DNA of 61,963 nucleotides, counting the filler, from an uncultured bacterium (GTDB taxonomy: Bacteria > CAYUVA01), in assembly GCA_964448115.1 (NCBI GenBank). It is 8 parts of 8 records of this genome, joined end to end, with 100 filler letters (N's around TTAATTAATTAA, not from the genome) between each part and the next. Parts side by side here need not be neighbours in the genome. Positions count along the whole stretch, not along the records: positions 35,781 to 42,854 come from CAYUVA010000072.1; positions 42,955 to 49,771 come from CAYUVA010000073.1; 6 more parts are not named here. The stretch is one strand, 5' to 3'. Of this stretch, positions 38,131-48,290 are shown in pieces. Every line of letters starts with the position of its first letter. Position 1 is the first letter of the stretch. The translations under genes and the position numbers were made by a program. A model generated the notes under the pieces. The model was not told the origin of the DNA, made no database searches, and worked only from the letters and a program-made list of their open reading frames with translations.

Positions 38131-40819
38131 TTACCTGGTATCCTGTATGGTAAAGGAGTAAATATCGGTAGGCATCTCGTTACCCGCCAGATCGCTTGCA
38201 TCAACCTGAATATTGACCACCTGGCTATAGTTGAAGTCTGCAATGGTCTGCTGCCAGGTTACCGAATAGCCGTTCTCAATCGGGACTAGCTCAGGCGAAA
38301 CAAGCGTATCCTCTATGTATAGCAGGACGGTGTTCCTATCGACTCCACTGAGTATATCGAGCACCTCCAGGTAAACATCGGTATCCGGCTCAACGCGCAC
38401 ATCTCCATTGTCCGGGTTGCGATTGGTAACAAAGGGTGGATCTTCATCGATGGGGGTTTCAGTGGGGGTGTAAGTAGGCTCCGGTGTCGGCGTGTCGGTC
38501 GGCTCCGGCGTCGCCGTTGCTGTCGGAGTCTCAGTAGGCTCTTCAGTGGGGGTGTAAGTGGGGGTGTAAGTAGGCTCCGGTGTCGGCGTGTCGGTCGGCT
38601 CCGGCGTCGCCNNNNNNNNNNNNNNNNNNNNNNNNNNNNNNNNNNNNNNNNNNNNNNNNNNNNNNNNNNNNNNNNNNNNNNNNNNNNNNNNNNNNNNNNN
38701 NNNNNNNNNNNGTCGCTGTCGGAGTCTCAGTAGGCTCTTCAGTGGGGGTGTAAGTGGGGGTGTAAGTGGGCTCCGGTGTCGGCGTGTTGGTCGGTGTCGG
38801 TGTTATTGTCGGTGTCGGTGTTGGTGTTGCTGGCTTGTTCGGTATTATATGCAGATAGGGCCACATGAGGCTTTGGTGTCCATCTTTATCGGTAGCGATC
38901 ATCTCGATGGGATACCATCCAGGAGCGGCTCCAGAACCGACATCTATGGCATAACTAAAAAATCCATCTCCAGCAATATCATCTCCGCCTGTTCCATCAT
39001 CGCGCAGGTATATGCCTAGTGGTGAGTTGTTATAGTAAAGCTGCACACTATCGATATTCGCTATACCATCAGGGTCAGTTACCCAGGCGACAAGCTTCAG
39101 CTTGCCCCCTTCTTCCGAGGTGAGGTTCGTGTCCCAATAGCCAGCCATGTTGATGTTTGGAGAATCCCAGGTGAGGTCGTTGTACCCGTAGATCGTGCTC
39201 TGCATCTCCTTGTACCAATCGGGGTTTTTGCTAAGTGTGTTAATATTGAGGTAGGGCCAGAGGTCGCTCGCCTGGCCATGCTTGTTGAAAGCCTTTAGTT
39301 CAAGCAGATATGCCCCCACCGCTCCACCTGGGGGGAGGTCTGCATACCAGCCATAGATGCCATCACCGATCCCGAAGTCGTACCGGGTGCCATCGTCCTG
39401 TAAAAACAGCCCTAATCCGACATTATTAACATGGATATCTACAGAGGAGATATTTTGCAGCCCGGTCGGCTCTACAACATAAGCGAGCACCTTGACCCTG
39501 CCACCTTGAGCAGCAGATATCATACTGTCCATATACCCACCCATATATATCGCCGGTTTGGGTGCTTCTCCGGCAAAGAGGGTAAGAAGATGCAGGTTTA
39601 AATCATTGCGATCCTCCCAGATAAAATAGAACCTATCCCCAAAACCTCCTAAGGTATAATTAGACTGGAACTCGTCGTTGCCCTCAACGCACTGGCTATT
39701 AGTGGGAAGCGGATTTGCAGCCGGCTGGACGGTAATCCCATCGGTAACCATGTAGTACATCCAGTTGAATATGTTGAATGCTATGCAGCCGAGTTGCCCA
39801 TTGAAGTGAACCTTTGGATAGAACTGCCAGTCAACGAAGCTGCGTTCAGGATTGAAGCTGTCCTTGAGCCAGGCTTCGCCCATCTTTCTTGTATAGAAGA
39901 CTCCCTTAAGATCTCCATGTCCTCCATCAAAGTCCTGGGCTAAGAAAACGATGTGTGGATTGCCGCTGCTATCGACAGCAACATCGGGGGCGCCGGAGTA
40001 GTAGCCGGTTACCCAAGGGAATATTGCTGGAGACCAGGCACCCCCCTCGTACTTTGAATAGGCTGCCTCTATGATATTATTCTCTGGGCAGACCTGCCAC
40101 CAGACCGCATGGAGACGGTTTTGATTATCTACTGCCAGTTGTGGCTTCTTAGGCTCACTGGCATCAGGGGCGCTAACCACATACTCGTTGGAGTTATCCG
40201 GCGGATACCAGCCCTGGCCGGCATTGAAGCGCCATACTATTCGTGTATGAGCCGGGTGAACATGAGTATTGAACATCTCCTCAGCCACCACATGAATAAC
40301 ATCCGCAGGATCGATGACTATATCAGGCCAGGCGACCCAACCGAGGGGACCGCGGATAATGGTCTCATTCTCAGCCATCCACTGATTATTTAACATCCTG
40401 TTATACATAATGGGACCAACAGGTCGTCCTCCAGTGCTGCTTCCCCAGACCAGATGTGGATTGTTCTGGCTATCGGTATAGACCTCCGGCTTACCGAACT
40501 GCCACTGCGGGTGCGGATTGCCGGGGAAGGTCTCCGGCTTAGAGGTATCCCATACTGGCTCGCTGACTCCATCCCATCCAGCTAGTAGATACTTACGGTA
40601 ACGAAGCTCGCCGGTCAAACTAAGGTAAACAAGGTGCATATTGCCTGCCTTATCGATCCAGAAATCAGGCTGCATGCCCCCGATGCCAAGATTGATCTCC
40701 CTGCCCCAGGATTCCTCGAAACAGAAACCTTTTGCGGGTATTAAAAGTATCGATATACCGACCATGAGAACCATAAAATTAACCACCAGGCATAACTTCA
40801 AGCTAACCTTATCAGCCAT
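38131..40819 (-). CDS. Secreted protein: beta-propeller-like N-terminus, two WPYL domains, long PT tandem repeat (scaffold gap), C-terminal Ig-like domain
   Basis: ORF 38543-40819 and ORF 38131-38400 join across the N gap through ATPEPTDTPTPEPTYTPT...DEDPPFVTNRNPDNGD. Confidence 0.8.
38455..38830. repeat. 96-bp intragenic tandem repeat (32-aa PT/E unit) collapsed at the 38612-38711 gap
   Basis: CGGCGTCGCC recurs at 38506 and 38602; the same unit appears on both sides of the gap. Confidence 0.85.
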
Positions 40820-41122
40820 ATTTCAATTACTCCTTGTTCTCTTCATTTATCGAGGTGTTGATTCTGTTAAAACGCAGTAACTTTTAGATTATTTTTGCCG
40901 TACTGTCAATGGCAAACTATACATATTGTATAACTTATATTTGAAAACGCAATATATTGGGGAGCAGGTGGTGGCAAATATTTATTTGTATCCTTAATCA
41001 TCAAGGGGGAAAAGTCGGTTTAGTTTTTTATTGTTTTTCCTGGTGTAGGGATATCCAATTTTGATCAACGATAATGTCGCTTAGCTCATACTATGCTCTT
41101 TGTTTCTCCATCCATTTCAATA

Positions 41123-42541
41123 TCAATGAATACGCAAGTAGGGCCAGGGATCGCTCTGGTTTCCTTCCCAGTCGGTTGCAATGATCTCAAGAAGATAATC
41201 GCCTACCATGTCCGCTGAGATCTCCGGGATGTTGTATGCGAAGCCATATATCGAGTCCCCTGCCTGGAAGTCCTCATGGTAACCATCATCGAAAAGCTCA
41301 AGCCCGGTCGGCTGTCCATATACGCAAAGCTCAACCTTCATAATATCGTGCAATCCCTGTGGGTCGTTTACCGCAGCCAGCAGTTTCAGCATTCCGCCAT
41401 AGCCCTCGAATAGCTCTGTATCCTTATAGCCTGCAAGTAGAATGTATGGGCTGACCGCTTCCTTGCTGGTGGTTGAATTCAGGGTCATCAATTGCTGAAT
41501 TTCCCACGGAATCACATCATGGAAGCATGAAAAGCCTGCTCCCTGGTAGCTAGATTTCCTTGCCAGCCCATCCGGTCTCTCCCAGATATTGAGATAAGGC
41601 CATAAGCCGCTTTTATTGCCCGAAAAATCCTCTGCCTTAAGTTCCAATAGGTAATCTATTGGCGGCAATCCTGCACCTACAGGAACATCTTGCAGATAGA
41701 AAACTCCATTATCACGGTCATATACCGGCAGCTCAAGCTCGGTTGGAACTCGATTGAAGTAAACCTGTACCCTGGCGATATCGGCTCCGTCTGGATCGGT
41801 TACCCAGGCTAACAGGTCTAGGCTTCCACCACCACTAGCAGTTATCCTGCTGTTCATATATCCTGCCATTAGTATCTTTGGCGGAGTAGAGGGCGTGTCG
41901 GTCGGTGTTTTGGTTGGTGTCCCGGTTGGCTCCGGTGTCGGAGTAATTGTCGGAGTATTGGTTACTGTGGGTGTGTTGGTCGGGCTTGGCGTGGGGGTCG
42001 ATGAGGGAGTGCTGGTCGGTGTCGGTGTCGGCGGGATATATTCGACCACCACCCTGAAGCCCTGCACCATGCACTGATTAGTAAAGCCCATCCCTTCATC
42101 CATTGAATAATAAAGCCTTAGATCATTCACCTCTCCCCATGTCCAGTGATCATCCTCATCGGTGATATCGAGTACATCCCATTGCCAGTTATCGTGGGTG
42201 AAGGTTTGTTTGCTTGAACCTGCATTGTGATATAATTTCATCACCAGCCCGTTGGAGGTATCATTCTTGGAGTAAATGCTTACCTGCACCCTGGTGATGA
42301 CATTATCATCCAGCGGAAAATCGAAGTTCCACCCTTGAAGCACCTGCATGGCAGGTCCGGTAGTGTAGTCTCCATCAGGTTCTCCAACGGCGTTATCCAT
42401 GTTCTCATATCCACCGTTCGATGTAACCTGTCCTGCATATCGAACCAGGGTCGCTGCATCGGCTGTGTGAGCCGAGACAAGCAGGCAAAGACTTATGATG
42501 CTCAGGCTCAGTATATTCTCTATTCTCATGATCTCATTCAC
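41123..42541 (-). CDS. Secreted protein: jelly-roll-like N-terminal domain, PT linker, two tandem WPYL domains
   Basis: Signal peptide (ADAA), PT linker, ...GLWPYLNIW and ...DPWPYLRIH. Confidence 0.85.
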   Translation of the reverse strand: MNEIMRIENILSLSIISLCLLVSAHTADAATLVRYAGQVTSNGGYENMDNAVGEPDGDYTTGPAMQVLQGWNFDFPLDDNVITRVQVSIYSKNDTSNGLVMKLYHNAGSSKQTFTHDNWQWDVLDITDEDDHWTWGEVNDLRLYYSMDEGMGFTNQCMVQGFRVVVEYIPPTPTPTSTPSSTPTPSPTNTPTVTNTPTITPTPEPTGTPTKTPTDTPSTPPKILMAGYMNSRITASGGGSLDLLAWVTDPDGADIARVQVYFNRVPTELELPVYDRDNGVFYLQDVPVGAGLPPIDYLLELKAEDFSGNKSGLWPYLNIWERPDGLARKSSYQGAGFSCFHDVIPWEIQQLMTLNSTTSKEAVSPYILLAGYKDTELFEGYGGMLKLLAAVNDPQGLHDIMKVELCVYGQPTGLELFDDGYHEDFQAGDSIYGFAYNIPEISADMVGDYLLEIIATDWEGNQSDPWPYLRIH

Positions 42542-43088
42542 CTTATGCTAATTTCAAGGGATAATGATAGCAGTTTTTACTGGAACTTCAAATCGATTTC
42601 CTTTTTACCGATACTATACGATAAGCTGATTTTTGCTTATATTTTGAACAGTATCCCCCCAAGGGCGAGCCAGCCTGCCAGTAAAGTCAGGATCAGAGCT
42701 TATAAATGCCAGCATGACAATCATCATTATAACCGTAAAGATAAGCGTCATACCCACCGCTAGGGTAAGCTCGTCTTTCTTTGCCTTGCAGGCTGCTGCG
42801 TAGTTACTGTTTCAGCGCTGAAACAGTTAACCTTGTATCACAGTATTGCGGTATNNNNNNNNNNNNNNNNNNNNNNNNNNNNNNNNNNNNNNNNNNNNTT
42901 AATTAATTAANNNNNNNNNNNNNNNNNNNNNNNNNNNNNNNNNNNNNNNNNNNNTAGACTCTTGGTCATTATCAACCACTTATGACGCATTTACTGTCTG
43001 AATCACAGACTCTGATGGACGCTCCTTGAAATGATTCATAAAATATAATAAAATACAAAAATAGACCGCCATAATCGAGGGACGGAAA

Positions 43089-43871
43089 TTGACCAATCGC
43101 AGGAAAGATGACCGAGAGAAAACCTTCATCAATGCACAGATAATCGTTGATGACCAAACCATCTCCGGCATCGTGGAGGATATCAGCTATAGCGGCTTAT
43201 TGCTCCGCACCAAGATGATCATACCCAAGTATAAAACGATCCAGGTGAGACTCTCGGAGAGTCCAAGCGGTCCCTTGCTTCAAGGGGATGTGGTCAGGAT
43301 AGAGAAAATGGAGACCGAGGTGGGAACCAGGTATCTACTGGGTGTAGCGCTAGATAAGAAAACGCCCAAAGAGAAAAAAGAAAAAGCTAATGATAATAAG
43401 CCAGAACCTGATGAAAAAGTTGAGGAGACTAAACCATTAAAGAAAATTACTCCACAGAGAATTGATAGACCACAACAAAGCATGGAAACAAAAGAGATGG
43501 ATAGCGGAATAATCAAGACCTTAAACCTGAAAAAAGATCCCCCCAAGAAGACTAGCCAAAAAGAACCTCCAGTGAAAAAGATAACTGGAGCCGATGAGAA
43601 AGACCGAAGAAAGCATGAGAGAAAACTGACCAATCTGAGGGTAGATTATCGGCAGCAATGGCAGACCGGTCGTGGCAAGGCTTTGGATATCTCCGCCGGA
43701 GGAATCCTGCTGAGATCCGATCATTACCTTCGTATCGGAAGCATTATCGAGGTGCAGTTGTTCACCAAGAAAAAGATCGTCTCCCTCAAGGGAAAAGTTA
43801 TCCATTCCCGTAACGACAAGAAGGGTAACTTTCTAAGCGGTATAATGTTCCTCAAGGATGAGAAGAAATAG
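43089..43871 (+). CDS. Tandem PilZ-domain protein
   Basis: RKDDR/DISYSG and RKHER/DISAGG (RxxxR + DxSxxG) separated by a Lys/Glu/Pro-rich linker. Confidence 0.88.
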   Translation: MTNRRKDDREKTFINAQIIVDDQTISGIVEDISYSGLLLRTKMIIPKYKTIQVRLSESPSGPLLQGDVVRIEKMETEVGTRYLLGVALDKKTPKEKKEKANDNKPEPDEKVEETKPLKKITPQRIDRPQQSMETKEMDSGIIKTLNLKKDPPKKTSQKEPPVKKITGADEKDRRKHERKLTNLRVDYRQQWQTGRGKALDISAGGILLRSDHYLRIGSIIEVQLFTKKKIVSLKGKVIHSRNDKKGNFLSGIMFLKDEKK

Positions 43872-43880
43872 AAACTTTAT

Positions 43881-44786
43881 TTGATGTCATCTACCCTCAA
43901 TATACTACCCACCAGTCTGCCGAATATCGATCATATACTCAAGGTCGGTGGCATCCCCTTTGGTAGCGTCATCGAGCTGATCGGTGATGCCTACAGCGGT
44001 AAAACCACCTTTGCGCTTAAGCTAGCCGACAGTGCCCAGAGCCTTGGCTACGATGTTGCTTACATGGACTGCGATGCCACCCTGGATAAACGGCTCGCCT
44101 CGGATTTGTTGCCAAGACCAAAGGATGTAATCTACCTATGTCCGGCATATCTTGAAGAGGGCATAGATATGGTTCTAAATCTTGCCTTCAATTCATCGAC
44201 TGAACTTATCATCGCCGACAACTTCCATTCCCTTGCTACCCGTGATGAACAGGACAGCTCCCTTATTAGCCTGGATACAAGAGAACGGTTCAAACGGTAT
44301 TCGATGTTGCTCAGGCAGCTTACTGCCAAGGTCAGAAGAAGAGATAACATAGTCTTTTTTATAAACAAGATGTTCCAGCAAATAAAAGGTTTGTCTGAGG
44401 GGTACGAGCTATCCTCAGGCGGCCCTGCATTCTTAAGCTACTGTACAATAAGAGTAATCCTCCAAATGCATGAGTATATAATCAAGGATAAAGAGAAGAT
44501 CGGCAATATCTGCCAGCTTCAGGTAATAAAGAATGTCTATGCTCCACTGGATAGGCTCATGGCATACCTGGCTATCATCTATGGAAAAGGAATTCATGAG
44601 CTGGCATCTATGGTCGATTATTCCTGTCTTCTTGGCGTTTTAAGCAGTCGTCCTGAAGGCATTTATCGAGGAGAACTGCGCATAGGAGGAAATATATACG
44701 AGGCTACAGAATGGCTAAGGGAGAATCGGCTAGAAGACAGCTTCGCAGACTGGCTCAATAAGCGCCCAGATTCGATATCTTCCTGA
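43881..44786 (+). CDS. Divergent RecA paralog
   Basis: GGIPFGSVIELIGDAYSGKTTFAL, FFIN, SSGG.A, VIKN, I.YGKGI are colinear with RecA, but key residues differ. Confidence 0.85.
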   Translation: MMSSTLNILPTSLPNIDHILKVGGIPFGSVIELIGDAYSGKTTFALKLADSAQSLGYDVAYMDCDATLDKRLASDLLPRPKDVIYLCPAYLEEGIDMVLNLAFNSSTELIIADNFHSLATRDEQDSSLISLDTRERFKRYSMLLRQLTAKVRRRDNIVFFINKMFQQIKGLSEGYELSSGGPAFLSYCTIRVILQMHEYIIKDKEKIGNICQLQVIKNVYAPLDRLMAYLAIIYGKGIHELASMVDYSCLLGVLSSRPEGIYRGELRIGGNIYEATEWLRENRLEDSFADWLNKRPDSISS

Positions 44787-45930
44787 AAATAGTAGCATAA
44801 ATCTTGGTAAGTTCATCCAGGCTGCGTAGGCTGACCCACTCGTTGGCTCTATGTTCGTTACCACCCTCGGGACCTAGGACCAAGGTAGGCAATCCAGCGA
44901 CCGCGCCAAAGATGCACTCATCAGCAACCGATAATCCATACTGGAATGTATGAGATCCCGAGACGCTATCAACCATCTTTGATGTAAATTCTACAAAGGG
45001 ATGCCTTATGTCCATGCAATAGGGCAACAGGTAGGGTTCATTGCGCGGCTTCAGGTAAGCCTTGATGTCCACGCCACCTGGAACCTTAGCCAAGGCTCCC
45101 TCATCGAGCAGTTGCTCAGCTAGCTTTCGCACCTGTTCGATTGCCTCATCCGCCGATTCTCCAACCACAAGGTGTCTTTCCAATTCGAGTGTACACCTAT
45201 CAGGCACGGAGAGTGATTCTACAGAGCTTTCGATGCCTACCGCATAGATGTTACCTTTTCCCATCCCTTTATAATCAGGAAGCTCTATGCGACCTAGATT
45301 GAGTACTATTTTTGCAGCTTGTTCAATCGCATTTATGCCCTGGTGAGCAGAAGCGCCGTGAGAGCTTGCTCCGGGCACCTCCAGGCGAATTGTAATCCTG
45401 CCCCGCCTGCCGATTATGATCGCCTTACCTTCAGGAGAATGAGTGGTTCCAACCTCGGGAACATAGACATAATCTACATCGGAGAGCCAACCGCTATTAT
45501 AGAGCAGAAACGCTCCCGCTGAGTTCCTTTCCTCATCTACCCCGAAGGCGACCTTAAGCTTGTATCCATCAGGCTCAATTGCTTTAATAGCGCTAAGAGC
45601 CGCCGCTATTCCCCCCTTCATATCCGATGTCCCCAAGCCATAGAGGCTATCCCCCTTTTGGGTCAGGGTGAAGGGATCGCTATGCCATGATCCATAAGGA
45701 GGAACCGTGTCCAGATGCCCATAGACCAATACACAGGGTTTTGAGCTTCCTTTTTCTGCCAGGACATTGAAACGATTTTTTTCCTTGTCGAGGTATTGTC
45801 GCTCAACATCGAATTGGTGGGATTTTAGCCATTGCTCAAGGTAAGAACCTATGCTCCCCTCGTTGGTTAGAACCGAGTCTATGCCAACTAGCTCTCTAAG
45901 CAACTGAAGGTCAAAAACAGGACTTGTCAT
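44755..45930 (-). CDS. M20 family metallo-amidohydrolase (ArgE/DapE-like)
   Basis: GHLDTVP, GLGTSDMKGG, VDEE, SHGA, GINAI, HRANEWV. Confidence 0.93.
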   Translation of the reverse strand: MTSPVFDLQLLRELVGIDSVLTNEGSIGSYLEQWLKSHQFDVERQYLDKEKNRFNVLAEKGSSKPCVLVYGHLDTVPPYGSWHSDPFTLTQKGDSLYGLGTSDMKGGIAAALSAIKAIEPDGYKLKVAFGVDEERNSAGAFLLYNSGWLSDVDYVYVPEVGTTHSPEGKAIIIGRRGRITIRLEVPGASSHGASAHQGINAIEQAAKIVLNLGRIELPDYKGMGKGNIYAVGIESSVESLSVPDRCTLELERHLVVGESADEAIEQVRKLAEQLLDEGALAKVPGGVDIKAYLKPRNEPYLLPYCMDIRHPFVEFTSKMVDSVSGSHTFQYGLSVADECIFGAVAGLPTLVLGPEGGNEHRANEWVSLRSLDELTKIYATIFRKISNLGAY

Positions 45931-45952
45931 AAGCCTTAGACTTTGAGGGTTT

Positions 45953-47110
45953 TTATCTTATTATCTTAGCTTTTCTTAGGCTATCAATCTTTTCTTGGTC
46001 GTATCCGATAGATTCTAGTATCTCGGTAGTATGCTCCCCATACTGCGGTGGTGGTAGCCTATAGGTTACCTGCGACTCGGAGAAACGAAGCGGCGATGCA
46101 ACATATCTCAGAGCCCCCTGCTTAACCACCATCTCTCGATGCTTTACCTGTTCATCATCAAAAACCTCGTGCAGCTCATAAACGGGAGCAATACAACAGT
46201 GCTTGTCCTTGAGCATCTCCATCCACTCATCGCGCGTCCTGGTCAGAAATAGCTGCTTAAGTCTCTGCTTGAGGTCATCCGAGCCTGCGCCATGTTTATT
46301 TATCGCAACAGGATCGAAGCCGGTAAGCTCGCAGAATCGAAGCCAGAACTTAGGCTCCAGGGTGGCGATTGACAGGTACTTGCCATCCTTAGTCTTATAG
46401 ACATTATAGATGGCGGCTCCGCCGGACAGTTCCATATCGCCTCGTTTGGGAGTGATATTGCTTGCGAAGTAGTCGGCAGCGATGTGGCTAAGCCAACTGA
46501 CTGCGCCATCAAGCATCGAGATATCGATATATTGCCCCTTGTTGGTCTTCTCCCTGCGCAACAGTGCTGCCAGGATGGCGATGGTCGCAGGCAGCGCTCC
46601 ACCTCCGATATCGGCGATCTGCACCGCCGGGAAGCACGGCTCGCCATCAGCCTGCCCGCTCAAGCCGACGATCCCAGAATAGCAAAGATAATTAAGGTCG
46701 TGCCCAGGAAAATCGTGGTAGGGACCATCCTGTCCGAAACCGGTTATGGAGCAATAGATCAGCCTGCTGTTCAGCCCTTTGAGCTTATCGTATCCCATGC
46801 CGAGCCGCTGCATTACCCCTGGACGGAATGATTCGACGAGAACATCGCAGGTTGGGAGCAGATCCTTGATTATCTTCATACCCTCCTGTTTTTTAAGATC
46901 CACCACCAGGCTTTTCTTGTTGCGATTTAGCGATGCGAAGAAAGCGCTGTAATTACCTATTTTAGGGGACATCCAACGAGTGTAATCACCCTGCCGCGGA
47001 TCTTCCACCTTGATCACCTCGGCTCCCATGTCTCCGAGCATCATAGTACAAAAAGGTCCCGGAGCCAGCCTGGTAAAATCGAGAACTTTGATCCCTTCGA
47101 GTATGCTCAT
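45953..47110 (-). CDS. CoA-transferase family III (CaiB/BaiF)
   Basis: LEGIKVLDFTRLAPGP, GAEVIKVE, NRNKKS, FRPGVM, GHDLNY. Confidence 0.95.
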   Translation of the reverse strand: MSILEGIKVLDFTRLAPGPFCTMMLGDMGAEVIKVEDPRQGDYTRWMSPKIGNYSAFFASLNRNKKSLVVDLKKQEGMKIIKDLLPTCDVLVESFRPGVMQRLGMGYDKLKGLNSRLIYCSITGFGQDGPYHDFPGHDLNYLCYSGIVGLSGQADGEPCFPAVQIADIGGGALPATIAILAALLRREKTNKGQYIDISMLDGAVSWLSHIAADYFASNITPKRGDMELSGGAAIYNVYKTKDGKYLSIATLEPKFWLRFCELTGFDPVAINKHGAGSDDLKQRLKQLFLTRTRDEWMEMLKDKHCCIAPVYELHEVFDDEQVKHREMVVKQGALRYVASPLRFSESQVTYRLPPPQYGEHTTEILESIGYDQEKIDSLRKAKIIR

Positions 47111-47195
47111 AATAGGGGAATATTACAAAGCATACATAAAAGTAAGTCAAGAAAATGGACTTCTGCTATTAAGATGTTGTAAAATAAAAATTACC

Positions 47196-48290
47196 ATGAA
47201 GATTAAGGTAATAATAATGACCTGTATCTGGCTACATTTATCTTTAGCCATAGGCTCTTGGGGGAATCAGGATTCCCCCCCTGCCCAGTTGGACGGTCCT
47301 ATGCGCATTGCACTGATTTCATCGGATTTTAACGGAACAGTGCTGGTAGCGGTATCCTGTCATGGCAAGGAGCCACAATACAATCGAGTAGTTCAACTGG
47401 TCAAGTTTACCAACTGCAAGCCATCCTTGAGCGGAAGTATAAAAGTCGGGCACGGTCCCAGCGGCATCGTGGCAGCGGACTTCACTGGCAACGGACGCAA
47501 GGACCTTATGGTTGCCAACATGTATGACAACGATATCAGCCTGATGGCGAATTATGTTGACAAGGGATATATTGAGAAATCGCGCCTTAAAGTAGGTCCC
47601 CGACCGATCGATATATTAACCATTGACCTTGACGGCGATGAAAAGCTAGATGTAGTCGCAGCCAACAGCGAAGCAGAGACCATAAGCGTCTTGCTCGAAA
47701 AGGGAGAGGGCTATTACCCGACCAAGCGCAACTACCTTTTGAGCAAGAATCCGGTTGCGCTAGCAAGCGGAGACATGGACAACGACGGGGACATGGACCT
47801 GGCTGTAGCCTGTCGCCAAAGCGATCAGATAGCGATACTAATCAACTCTGGCAATGGAGTCTTCGGTTCTCCCTATTTCATCAACCAAGGCGGAGCGCCG
47901 GCTTCGCTTGCAACCTGCGATCTTAATGGCGACAAGATACCCGACCTGGCAGTCGCCTGCCGTGATGATGACTTGGTGCAGACTTACACTGGCATCGGCG
48001 ATGGTAACTTCAAAAAGAGTTCGAAGTACAAGGTGGGGAAAAAACCTGCATGGCTGGTCTGCAAGGATGCAAACAAGGACGGGATAATGGATTTATTCGT
48101 GTTGAACCGAACCTCAGCCGATCTTTACATACTCCTGAATGACGGCAAGGGAAACCTAACCACCAATCAGATCCTGAAGGCAGGCAAAGACCCGGTTCAC
48201 TTCATCGCTGTCGATTGTACGACCGATGGAAACGCTGATCTGATCATCGCCGATTATGCAAACGATAGCTTGATATTTCTGGACCGTTGA
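47196..48290 (+). CDS. FG-GAP/VCBS repeat secreted protein
   Basis: Repeated D.D.DG..D (DLDGDEKLD, DMDNDGDMD, DLNGDKIPD); signal peptide from ATG 47196. Confidence 0.9.
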   Translation: MKIKVIIMTCIWLHLSLAIGSWGNQDSPPAQLDGPMRIALISSDFNGTVLVAVSCHGKEPQYNRVVQLVKFTNCKPSLSGSIKVGHGPSGIVAADFTGNGRKDLMVANMYDNDISLMANYVDKGYIEKSRLKVGPRPIDILTIDLDGDEKLDVVAANSEAETISVLLEKGEGYYPTKRNYLLSKNPVALASGDMDNDGDMDLAVACRQSDQIAILINSGNGVFGSPYFINQGGAPASLATCDLNGDKIPDLAVACRDDDLVQTYTGIGDGNFKKSSKYKVGKKPAWLVCKDANKDGIMDLFVLNRTSADLYILLNDGKGNLTTNQILKAGKDPVHFIAVDCTTDGNADLIIADYANDSLIFLDR

